Source of the DNA: Octopus bimaculoides
Lineage: Eukaryota
Length of the DNA stretch: 64,000 nucleotides
NCBI RefSeq assembly: GCF_001194135.2
Contig: NC_068987.1
Span: 104,523,406 to 104,587,405, forward strand
Direction: 5' to 3'
Shown: piece after piece, positions 52,703-64,000 of the stretch
Layout of the letters: each line of letters begins with the position of its first letter
Numbering within the stretch: position 1 is the first letter of the stretch
The notes under the pieces: model-generated
Database searches by the model: none
The model's input: only the letters and a program-made list of their open reading frames with translations
What the model was told of the DNA's origin: nothing
Position numbers and translations under genes: made by a program

Positions 52703-54417
52703 CTATCAACAATTACTTTATCAAATGTGTCCTTCCTTTTTTTCTTCTTTTCTTCTTTTTTTTTTTCCTTTTTTTTTTTTTTTTACAAAAGGATTGTTCT
52801 TTCAAGAAGAATTAGGCTGCCTATTCTAGCATGTTGAGTTACCCGCATAGAAGCCACCATGTTTGCCTTTCTTTTTTGCTTTTTTCTTTTTTTTTTTCTT
52901 TTTTGTTACGATATGAAAAAAGGAAATGCTGTAACGTCCCTTGCCTTTCTCAAAAACTTGAACAGCAAAGAGATAAAACAACATCGGGATGCCTTTTCGT
53001 TTGGGCTCCGATTGTATAGAAGAAGAAGAAAAAAAAGAAAAAGGAAAGAAAAAGAGAAGGAAAATGTTCTTTCTCATCAATACGCTACAACTGCTACTAC
53101 TACTATTATATACTGCTGCTTCTGTTGCAACTACAATTTCTTCTGTTACTGCTGCACTCAGCAGTCAACCAATTTTTTGTTCTTTTTTATAAAGGATGCC
53201 GACTAAGCGATGTGTATTTGAAGAGTTAATGTTATTTTGATTAAAATATGTTCTGAAAAAAAACTATTTGGAAGAGGAATAAACGCCGCAACATCCTGTT
53301 TTTACAATTCGCTCCGCTTTCAATCTGAGACGCCATACCTATATAAGAAACCTCTATTTAAATTATCAAATACGAGCTGTCTAAATAATAAGTTGTATTC
53401 TTAGCAGTACTTCTTAACGACTGTTACTAATCTATTATTGCTTCTGTTGCCTCACCCTTCATGCTTCTTTCACCTTCTGATAAAAAAACATTGCCGCCCA
53501 CCTGCAGCTGACACGTGTTTAGCAAGTGGGGCTGGGTAGAGGAAAACTTTACCTTTGCTGGTCTTTCCGGCTTAGATTACACGAATCAGACGTAAGAGAA
53601 GAGCGACGGAGTGAAAGCACCAGCGACACCTTCAGTTGAAGGCAAGCTTCTAATGACCAGTTTAGTGCTAGTCGAACTAAAAACACGTTCATTGATTTCA
53701 TTTCTTACTATTTCTACCTCGCCTTTTCTTTCTCCTTCCTTCAAATCTCTCATTTCCGCCCATTGTCTTTATTTCGGATTCCTGCTCCACCTTTCTTAAT
53801 CAATGCTAAAGAGAATACACTACACTCTGGATCTTCATCATCTGCAGATTTCTCTCGCTATAAACTTCAAAATTTCTCTATTCCTCTCCCCATCCCTCAT
53901 TCTGACTATATGTTTTCCTGTAACTAAATCAATCATTTTCTATTCACACGGCTCAGCATTCTGTTACTAATCGTTCTTCAGGATCCAATCCGCCAGTAAT
54001 TATCCCAAAACAATATCACCGAATTCACTATTTCAAATAATTATGGATGGTACCTCTATTTCTATCTACTTCCTACTTTCAAAGACTTAGCTTTCTGTTT
54101 GCATTTATTCCCGCCCCGTCTCTATATTTCTCCCCCGCTAACACATACAAACGCACATATAAAGCATTTGCACACACTTACACATAGACACAGATATACA
54201 CATATATGCATATATGAATGCATCTATGCATGTAGCAATACATACATACATACATATATATATACATACATACATACATACATATATATATATGCACACA
54301 CACATACACAGTTATAAATATATAGACATAGATATAAACGTATACGTATATATGTACATATATGTAACCGTATAACTGCAACATATATATACATACATGC
54401 ATGCATACATACATACA

Positions 54418-54449
<32 letters not shown>

Positions 54450-54451
<2 letters not shown>

Positions 54452-56822
54452 ATAGTGCTGTCAACATCGGACGTGCAGGTGTAGGGGACCGTTTAAAAAG
54501 TCCGTTTTGAACGCCTTCTAGAAATATGCTAACTTCTCTAACCTAAATCGGTAACTGTTTTATTTCTCCAACAATTAATAAAAGAAAAACATTTTACTCG
54601 CCAACAGATTTTAAAATATACATCTACACCACGTGGGATCTCGCCAACACGATTATGGCTGAAACTAGCACCATCACAAATGAAACTAACAACGTGACCA
54701 CCGATGAAAACAGAACTACTTCGCCAGTAAGTTATTTAAGAAGACGTAAGTACTCTTCTCTACATGGACTCAACAACTAAATCAAGATTTACTTTGGTGT
54801 CTATGAAAAAGCCTTCAATCGGATAGATGACGCGGTTAAGACAATACTGGGACGAAGTTCATTCATCCCAACTTAAATACCTTCACGAAGAAACAGCTCC
54901 GACAACAAGCTTCTTTTGTGAAGCACAAATCAACTGGTCCTTGATCCTCCCAAAACACTGAAAATGGATCAAAATCTGTCAGAAGCGGCGTAAAAAATAA
55001 TATAAACAAATCACCGCTCCCGCCATCACTAAATTCGAGTGTGTCTCCAAATTCAGCTGACTCAGTAGCGAAGAGTGCGGAATACATCCAACTCCAAAAC
55101 ATGAAAAAATTTGGCTACTTTCTCGAAGCTTTTGTTGAGCATCAGACTATTCCCAACAAGAGCGAGAAAAAACCCGACCGATCTAATAATTAAGGTTATC
55201 AACGATGTTGCTGGAGAGCACATGGAATCGTGTGATGTTAATTACTGGAATATTAATACACTTATATACACAGCCGCTATTACTCTTAAAGAACATCTTG
55301 GAGAAATCTACAGGGAACAAAGTAACGAAATTACTAAACGGAAACAACCTAGATGGAAAACAAAACTTGAAGAAAACATCAACAACGTGCGCCGCCATAT
55401 TGGATGGTTAACTAGAACAATAAAATGTAAGGAGAAAAATGAGCCTACACCTCACCAACTCTACCTTAGACAAAAATTAATGAGACTTTCTGGTAACTCT
55501 TCACTCCGAACTCTTGAAGGAAAACTAATCACTTTAAAATATGAACTCAGGACGATGAGCGAGAAACTCCGCTATCGCATGCGAATCTTTGAGCGAGCCA
55601 GTATCAATCGCAAGCCTGCTTTCAACCCACGAGTATTATACAGAGAGATGAGGAAGCTCCCTGCCAAGAAGATCTACAATTATTCTGGTCAAAAATTTGA
55701 AACGAGAAGAAGGATTTCAACCAGAATGCATCATGGTTAAATACAACTGAGAGAAAATTCTATACCAACACTAACAGTAAAATATACAAAATTGATGCAG
55801 AAACCTTCGCTATAGCAGTAGGCAAACTGCAGAATGGAAGGCAGCTGGAAGGGACCTAATAGTTGGATATTGGTACAAGAAGCTGGCATTTTAAAGAAAC
55901 CAATTGATACGTATTTTCAAAAGGACTATGGAAGGTCAGACTGATACACCACATTGGTTTGCTACAGCAAGGGCCAATCCTGTTGCCAAAAATGAAATCA
56001 TCGAGATGGCAGGAAACAACAGGCCCATTGCTTGCCTAAACATTATATACAAACTGTACACAAGTTACTTCAACCAATTCTTCCAGGACCACATCACACT
56101 TTCAAGGCTATGCATTTGCAATCCAGGAACAGGAGATTGCCACGAAATATCTGGTGAACAAGAGAGACAATGACGCTCTTGTAATCCCAAGGTGCGAACA
56201 CTACCCGCCTATGCCGCACGATGTTGTTGCTAAAACAGTTTACAATGCCATCCGCAAAGCAGACTGTCCTGAAATAAACTTAGGAAATCCCTCTGTTATG
56301 GGATACATTCATAAACACCAACTCAAGGAATACTGGTGGAATATTACCATCAAAACTTCTGTCAAACGTAAGCATAACAGGCCGGATATTGTTGTTTGGG
56401 ACAGAGGGGCAAAAGTAGGTACCATGATAGAGGTTAGCTGCCCTGCAGATATAAATATCCCTATGAAAATGAAAAGAAAAGAGGATATCTATGGACAACT
56501 GCTTCGAAACCTCCAGCTTTTATATCCAGACTATGAATTCATATTCATACCGATAATAATTGAAGCACCAGATTTTGTTAGTAAATGCTTAAAGGAGAAT
56601 CTGGATAAACTGAGATTTTGAGAAAGAGAAACTGACCGGCTGATTCGTACACTGTAAGTGCAATCTGTGAGTGGAACAGTAAAGATATGCAAAACTTTTC
56701 TCAAGTTCCAAATGTGAATTTGTCTGTGTTAACTTCATTCCACAGATGGAGCCTTGTATTTTGATGGAAACCGACTCCCTCCTCAGTGGAAGATTTATAA
56801 TGATTACAAAATAGAAGAGACG
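54450..56822 (+). mobile_element. Internally deleted, near full-span R4/Dong-clade (RLE) non-LTR retrotransposon
   Basis: Broken frames give N-terminal WTQQLNQDLL / RLRQYWDEVH / KQLRQQA; RT start WKAAGRDLIVGYWYKKL and RPIACLNIIYKLYT; C-terminal GYAFAIQEQEIATKYL, PHDVVAK and KHNRPDIVVWD...IEVSCPAD; end KICKTFLKFQM* (~56718). The RT core is absent. (TACA)n at 54389-54446 and 56823-56879. Confidence 0.9.
56154..56718 (+). pseudogene. Restriction-like (PD-D/ExK type) endonuclease domain of the R4/Dong element, disrupted
   Basis: HD...YWWN...K.NRPDIV..D......IEVSCP motif; stops at 56619-56621 and ~56655. Confidence 0.85.
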
Positions 56823-57169
56823 TACATACATACATACATACATACATACATACATACATACATACATACATACATACATGTACGTGGAAAAGTAAGAGTC
56901 CAGGTCGCTGTAATGGTGGAATAATTAGTGCGTCGGACAGAATGCCTAGCAGCATCTGTTTTTAATCTGTGCGTTCTGAGAGTAATATTTGTTCCATCTC
57001 TGGTACCAAGATGTATCGGTATTGCTTTTCCTTCGACAATATAGGTGGCGTAGATAGGGATGACTAGCAATCATAGACAACTGTTGATCTTTCCTTGTCC
57101 AGGTTTGCGTGTTCGAGATAAACCTTGAAGCTGCCGATACTCAGACTATTTTAGGCGAAAATCGACATT

Positions 57170-57595
57170 ATCTGTGTGTGAGAGGCGGTGGGGAGAGAAA
57201 TACGTAGCCCAAGACATAAGAACCCACAGTATAGTAGAGGTCATAGTCACTCATAATATGAAAGGATACTGGTGGAATGTCTCCGTGAAAACTTCAATAA
57301 AATGTAAACATTGTAGACCAGACATAGTGATTGAGGACAGAGAACAGAAACCGTCTAGAGTTGTAGAACTCAGGTGTCCAGCGGAATATCAGCAAAAAAC
57401 AAAACACCTACGCTGAACCAGTGACGAACTTATAGTTGCTCTGCCCGGATTAAAGTTCAAGTTTATAACAAACTGCCTTAGCACTAATCTTGAGAAATTT
57501 GCCTTTTCAAAACGAGAAAGGAGAAAACTAAATAGAAGATTACAGATTCCATCCATCGATGAAGAAGTGTAAAACCTTTCCAGAAGTTTAGTATT
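57170..57595 (+). mobile_element. Older R4/Dong-like endonuclease fragment from a different subfamily
   Basis: YWWNVSVKTSIKCKHCRPDIVIEDREQK..VVELRCPA parallels 56330-56450; several small deletions. Confidence 0.75.
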
Positions 57596-57830
57596 TAAAT
57601 ATATATATGTGCATGTAAATGTATATATAAATGTATATATATAAATGTATATATGTGCATGTCTAGACTTGGAAATATATGTATGAGAATACATACATAA
57701 AACAACACATACACACAAACAGGCACAGATACCCTGCTGACGTTATTGAAGTTCCAATAAAGGAGTCTTGGGTTTAGGCTAGAAACCGGCTCTTTCTCTA
57801 TTGGCAAGATATCTTAAAATAAAACGAAAT

Positions 57831-57865
<35 letters not shown>

Positions 57866-57921
57866 GTGGTGCAAATAAATATGTAACTATGATAGGTTTT
57901 GGCCATTATTGACCTAGGTCA

Positions 57922-58335
57922 TCTTTTATCTTTTACTTGTTTCAGTTAGTGGACTGCGACCATACTTTGGCACTACCTTGATGGGTTTAGTCGAACAAAT
58001 CGACACCGTTACATTTTATCAAAATCTAATAATCATTTTATCGGTTCTTTTTGCTGAATCGCTAAGTTAATGGGTCTAAACAAACCAACACCGGTTTTCA
58101 AGCGGTGAGCGTGAGACAAATGTGAACACAAAGACGGTCACATATTTACATATATACCCACAGACGTATACAGATACACACGTATGAGGGGCTTCTGCAC
58201 AGTTTCTCTCACAAGGCTTTGGTCAGCTGGTGGCTACAGCTGGTGGCTACAGCTGGAAGTATTCGCTTAAGCCGCAATGCAGTAGGGCTGAACTCGAAAC
58301 GACACCTTTGCAAGGAATCTTCTTAACCACACAGT
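57922..58335 (-). mobile_element. Family B SINE, diverged, with an internal 13-bp tandem duplication (CAGCTGGTGGCTA)
   Basis: Aligns with the other family B copies; duplication at ~58225-58256. Confidence 0.75.
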
Positions 58336-58499
58336 TAATAGCATCTCTTGGTGAAGTGTTTTAAGTCAAGTTTTGGGTTATTGTACTCGTCTCGAATTGG
58401 AAGCTGTTATTTGCCAAACTGTATACAGATGTCGGTGTTTTGTTTGGTACTTTTTGGAAGGACGTGTTCAGATTCTGCTTAAATGCAATGGGCTTTCTG

Positions 58500-58720
58500 T
58501 TTCTCATTTAGTTTCTTTCAGAGTGATGTTGAATAAAGCAGGTCCAGTCGAGATAAAGAAAGTAGGAGACTAATGGAAGTGTGTTTAATTTTTGGTAATT
58601 AGTGTTTTTGGTGCCAGCATGATATGGACATGTTGATGGAACATTTTCCGCAATGCACAAACGGCAGGTTTTGAAAGAATAGATTTGAGCGTTTTGGGGC
58701 GATCTCAATGCCTGTCATGC
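58500..58720 (-). mobile_element. Possible Penelope-like GIY-YIG C-terminal relic
   Basis: IYSFKTCRLCIAE resembles the Y...K.C.LC..E motif at Penelope C-termini; the rest is poorly conserved. Confidence 0.25.
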
Positions 58721-59144
58721 CATTATTTACTTTTTTTTTTTATTTTGTCACTGGCATCTGGAGCGATCCATTGTTAATTTTTATTGTTGTTGTTGTAGAG
58801 GGAGATCACAGTGGGCAGCGGTTTTAAAGGTGTGACGTAGCAAACGCAAAGAAGATAAGGGTTCTGTGATCTTCATTTCTCTGTAACAACCATTGATAAT
58901 GATATCGAAAAATGTGCAAAACTGCGTGAGCCACAAGGATCTCACTGAATAAATACAGTAAAAAAGATGTATTATGAAACATATTTTTATTTTGCTAAAG
59001 AATTTTATTTTTGTGTTCAAAGTAATCATTTTTTAGAAATTATAAATTTTCTAAGTGAATCTAGAAATTTTTCTCTTTTTATGTGTTGCATTAGAAAAAA
59101 TAATGTTTTCTTACAAATGGCTGTTTTAATGAGACTACAAAATA

Positions 59145-59548
59145 CAGGATGTTCAAAAAGTCTCTCCGCAGTAAGTATTTTATTGCAAAATAAATATTTA
59201 TAAGATGGTATAAGACTACAAAAGAATATATTAGACTTTACAAGACTAAAAAAATTTATAAGAGGTGTTGAAAGTGTCGTCCTTCCTTTTCAATACATAA
59301 GTAGACTTTTCTACACATGTTTTGAAATACATCTTGGAGAGTCTGATACACTATGGACCATGTGAAGGTTATGATTGCGTCTTTTAGCTCATTAATGGTT
59401 TTCGGGCGATTCCTGTACACTGATCCTTTAGTTGCTCCCCAGAAAAAAGTCTGGCGGAGTTAAATCAGATGATCTTAGTGACCAAAGTCCCTTCGAAATA
59501 ATCCGTTCACCGAAAAATTTACCGCGGAGAGATTTTTTGAACACCCTG
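59145..59548 (-). mobile_element. Internally deleted Tc1/mariner element (404 bp) retaining the transposase C-terminus
   Basis: TA|CAGGATGTTCAAAAAGTCTCTCCGCAGTAA ... TTACCGCGGAGAGATTTTTTGAACACCCTG|TA. Minus strand encodes WSLRSSDLTPPDFF(fs)WGATKGSVYRNRPKTINELKDAI...GRHFQHLL*. Confidence 0.9.
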
Positions 59549-60127
59549 TACTTTTACTTTCGTGTAATAGAACAAAAGAAAATAAATGTGAATTAATAAA
59601 CTCTAATATTTTTATGGGGTTTAATGCGGAGAACTGGCAANNNNNNNNNNNNNNNNNNNNNNNNNNNNNNNNNNNNNNNNNNNNNNNNNNNNNNNNNNNN
59701 NNNNNNNNNNNNNNNNNNNNNNNNNNNNNNNNNNNNNNNNNNNNNNNNNNNNNNNNNNNNNNNNNNNNNNNNNNNNNNNNNNNNNNNNNNNNNNNNNNNN
59801 NNNNNNNNNNNNNNNNNNNNNNNNNNNNNNNNNNNNNNNNNNNNNNNNNNNNNNNNNNNNNNNNNNNNNNNNNNNNNNNNNNNNNNNNNNNNNNNNNNNN
59901 NNNNNNNNNNNNNNNNNNNNNNNNNNNNNNNNNNNNNNNNNNNNNNNNNNNNNNNNACTTTTTCGAAACTGACCTGTTTCTGCTATTAATTATTTATTAC
60001 AAAATTGAATTTTTTCATTAATAATGCATTGGTGGCCCACAAAAAAATTAAAGCGTTACCGACGGGCTAAGTAACGCAATGACAAGCAGAATTATTATAA
60101 GATATATGTGTGTGTGTGAGTGTGTGT

Positions 60128-60158
<31 letters not shown>

Positions 60159-60207
60159 AGCGTGTGTGTGCGCGTGTGTGTGTGTGTGTGTGTCTGTGTG
60201 TGTGTGT

Positions 60208-60812
60208 AACTTTGATAACTTTGATTGGTTTCGGCCAGTATAGGCCCAGGGCATGTCTAACTGGTGAAATCTTTTAGCCATATATGGGGTACCATAGTCC
60301 ATTCATACAAAGAATTATTATTGTTGGAAGCATATCCAGGTGTTGGAGGTTAGTCTGAGATTTTTTGAAGAAATTTGTCCAGTGAACTTTTGAATTTTTT
60401 TGGATCCGTTTCCGTTTTGATATATTTTGGTATGGTATTAAAGAGAGCTGGACAAGTTGAAGTAAAGTTATTGTGACGTAATCTTATGTGTCCCTGTTCG
60501 ATTTTGGTAGTGGGTGGATAGCACGTGGACCAAGTCTTGGATGGATTTTAAAATTGATGCCAACATCATTTGTGCAATATAGATGGAATATTTTCCACAT
60601 CACACAAATGATGTATCGCTCCTGGCGGCGTTGGAGGGAGTAGAGATTGAAGTATTTTTAGTCGACCCCCAATAGTCAATGCCTCTCATACTGTCTATCT
60701 TTCTTGTTACTGATCTTTGGAGTTGCTTCGTATGGGGAGACCACAGTGGACGACAGTATTCAAGGTGGGGTCGGGCAAAAGTAGAGTAAAGAAGGATGAT
60801 GGTGTAGGTGTC
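60208..60812 (-). mobile_element. CR1-clade LINE 3' fragment
   Basis: LLYSTFARPHLEYCRPLWSPH...(fs)QRRQERYII...FKSSLDKFLQKISD*PPTPGY...NSL, typical of CR1 C-termini; tail (ATCAAAGTT)2 then (CA)n. Confidence 0.85.
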
Positions 60813-61519
60813 TATACATATAAAACACGCACACGTACACATACATACATACATACATACATACATACAAACATACATACACACATACATACATACACGT
60901 ATATATATANNNNNNNNNNNNNNNNNNNNNNNNNNNNNNNNNNNNNNNNNNNNNNNNNNNNNNNNNNNNNNNNNNNNNNNNNNNNNNNNNNNNNNNNNNN
61001 NNNNNNNNNNNNNNNNNNNNNNNNNNNNNNNNNNNNNNNNNNNNNNNNNNNNNNNNNNNNNNNNNNNNNNNNNNNNNNNNNNNNNNNNNNNNNNNNNNNN
61101 NNNNNNNNNNNNNNNNNNNNNNNNNNNNNNNNNNNNNNNNNNNNNNNNNNNNNNNNNNNNNNNNNNNNNNNNNNNNNNNNNNNNNNNNNNNNNNNNNNNN
61201 NNNNNNNNNNNNNNNNNNNNNNNNNNNNNNNNNNNNNNNNNNNNNNNNNNNNNNNNNNNNNNNNNNNNNNNNNNNNNNNNNNNNNNNNNNNNNNNNNNNN
61301 NNNNNNNNNNNNNNNNNNNNNNNNNNNNNNNNNNNNNNNNNNNNNNNNNNNNNNNNNNNNNNNNNNNNNNNNNNNNNNNNNNNNNNNNNNNNNNNNNNNN
61401 NNNNNNNNNNNNNNNNNNNNNNNNNNNNNNNNNNNNNNNNNNNNNNNNNNNNNNNNNNNNNNNNNNNNATATATATATATATACAGACACACCCGTACAT
61501 AAATACACAACTCATGTCG

Positions 61520-61725
61520 AATGAGCGACAGAGCTCGACCTGGTTGATCGACCTGTTAGAAATAGCAGCCAAAATATATTCTATGCCATCTTACTATCTT
61601 AAAGGAAGAAGGATACGCAAATGTAGATATACTAACCTGCGGGAAAAAAAGAAGAAGACGGCTGACCGAGCTTTGAACACCGTTGATAATAAACGACGTC
61701 GATAAAGGCTGATCAGAGAGTTAAA
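61520..61725 (+). mobile_element. Family D dispersed repeat
   Basis: Core 'gatcgacctgttagaaatagcagccaaa'. Confidence 0.5.
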
Positions 61726-63439
61726 TAAGAAAGGTAACAATAACAGCACATGCACCGCACATGACTCAAAGACAGCCGCTCATTACATACACATACACAT
61801 GCAATTGCTTACACTTGAATGCAATTCACACTAATATATAGCAACTCACCTCATGCAGAAACTCATAAAACTATTGAAATTGTTCAACTGCAATGCCAAC
61901 ACCCACCCACATGCTAACGCCATACAAATGCAGAAAATGCTACATGCGAACACACGGACACAAGCGAGCATGTACAATTGTGCGGAAAGACAATTGCTGG
62001 TGAGCACCCACTGCATATACCCGGGTATATTGACACCACACTCTTTAACAGTACGTAGAAAGAAACAAAACTGAGCTCTTTTACTCGATACGCGGATACC
62101 AAAGTCAAATCCTAACTAAGAAACAGTCAGTTCCTATGATTATTTTGATCAGAATTCGTTCTAACCTCTATGGCAATCTCCATTTCTTGCTCCGCCTGAC
62201 ATAAACGCCCCTTTTAATAATCTCCCAGCGTCTCCACTACCATTTTACATCTATTTCATGCAAGATCTGCATTGTTTTCTCCGTCTTTGCGTTATTTTAT
62301 TTGTCTTCAGCTCTTTTTAGAAATAGCTTTCCGTTATTGTTCCTCTAATAAATTGTCTAAACATATAATCTAATAATCTTTTTTTAAATTTTTTTATTTT
62401 AGTTTCGCTTATTATAAAGTCAAAGAGTCGGAAATGCTAATACGATGAAAGAAATCTTAAAACAAAACAAACAAAAACGAAAGAAACGGAATGGATAAGA
62501 CAACATAGATTATAGGGTTAAACTGAAAAGACGAAGAAGGCGGTTTTAGATTTGATGGCAAATACTGGATCTTTCATTATACCACCATCTCTAATCATTT
62601 CGAACATTTTTTTTCTCCTTATTCTTTATTTCTTTTCAAGCAAACATTATTATATTTTGGCCCTGCTACAAAAAGACAAAGAAAACAAAAAGCAGAAAGA
62701 TAGATGAGTAACAGAGCAACATAGAAGAAAACTGCAGACGACATACCGAAAAAATAAAATAAAATAAAATAAAATAAAATAAATAGTATTATCTCATACT
62801 ACTTTGGCATTCGTTTATATATGTATGTATGCATGCATGTCCTCACTTTTTTGTTTTTTTTGTTATTGTTTTTTTGTGTTTTTTTGAACTTATATATATG
62901 TCATCGTCATCATCGCATCATTATCATTGTTATTAAATATTACAATTATTTTTCATCACAACTCTTATCAACGTAATCCTTTCAGCCGGTGTAAGGGATT
63001 ACAGTCGTCCATGTTTTTTCTTTTTTTTCTTCTTTTTTCTTTCTTCTTTTTGCCAATATCACTGTCAACTGGTTAAATACAATAGGAATGAAAGCGAAAG
63101 TAAAGGATAATAATTTGCGAAACAACAACAATGCGAACCAGTATAAAAGCAGACGACAACAATAGCAACAATAAAAGCTTGAGAAACGCTACAAAACGGA
63201 ATTACAACAATAATGACCATGTCATCGTCACTCCAACAAGTTTAGCGATCGGAAAAATGACAAAAAAGTGGGCTGGTTCTATTATTCGTGGTCTTATCTG
63301 GTTACTTGTGGCCCCCTCAACTTCCGTCTTCTGTCACTGTTTACAGCAGGTGGTGGATAGAAATTGGGGGTTGGGACGTGGTAATTGTAGACCTCTGCTC
63401 CCCTACCCCCACATCAGCCATATTGTCACATGATCACTT

Positions 63440-63944
63440 GTTTTAATTGGCTCCCTTCGATGTCTCTTTCTACGCTTCTCACACTGTCTTCCTCTTTCGT
63501 TTTCTCCTTTTCTTTCTCTCCTATCACTATCTTTCTCTTCCTCTCTCTTCTAACTCCCCCTCTCTCTCCCACTTCTCTCTCTCTTCATATTTATCGTTAC
63601 TCTATTTCTTTCTCGTTTCGTTCTTACATACGCGCTCGCACACACTCACTTTCTCTCTCTTTTTCTCTTTCATTTACCCAGTTTATCTCCCACTCCTTAC
63701 TCTCTCTTTCTCTCTCTCTCACTCTCACTCTCACTCCCACCTCTTTTACTCTTTCACTCATTCTATCTCCCTTTCAAATACTCATTCACACACACACTCT
63801 CTCTCTATTTCCCCTCCCTTCATCCTCTTCTGTCTCTCACACACTTATCTCTCCCATCACCCCTTCTCTTCTATCATCTCTTATACCTAGATTTCTGAGT
63901 TATTGTCTTTCTTTTCTTCATTCTTCTCGGACCCTAATAAAATG

Positions 63945-64000
<56 letters not shown>
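63440..64000. repeat. CT-rich low-complexity tract followed by (CA)n
   Basis: Direct reading; explains the Ser/Leu/Phe-rich ORFs at 63430 and 63447. Confidence 0.85.

Noticed and set aside
63131-63433. 100-aa ORF near the window end
   Set aside because: Low-complexity (AAC) start and no recognisable domain; more likely UTR or regulatory sequence.

Overview
AT-rich eukaryotic genomic window, saturated with microsatellites, with 15 assembly gaps (about 7 kb of N, most flanked by simple repeats). The SINE families and repeat density look like a coleoid cephalopod, probably Octopus; this is an inference, not a database result. No intact host protein-coding gene could be supported. Nearly all long ORFs in the track are artefacts of microsatellites or N runs. 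Identifiable content is transposon debris: several tRNA-derived SINE families (two copies with clean target-site duplications), an internally deleted R4/Dong-type retrotransposon plus two further fragments, CR1 and RTE 3' fragments, a mariner 5' end, Tc1/pogo-type MITEs and Penelope-like terminal repeats. Main leads: (1) three unrelated repeats carry hammerhead-ribozyme motifs: an intact minimal type I core at 40511-40555 (-), an A6U variant at 21494-21529, and a set of hammerhead parts in a non-canonical strand order at 29794-29866; (2) both well-preserved R4/Dong copies sit inside (TACA)n arrays at both ends, suggesting microsatellite targeting; (3) a near-perfect 105-nt fold-back hairpin at 15742-15846; (4) a minisatellite made of eight ATF4-C/EBP (TGATGCAAT) sites; (5) a CpG-rich patch with CDE/CHR and E2F promoter geometry near 2940-3030.
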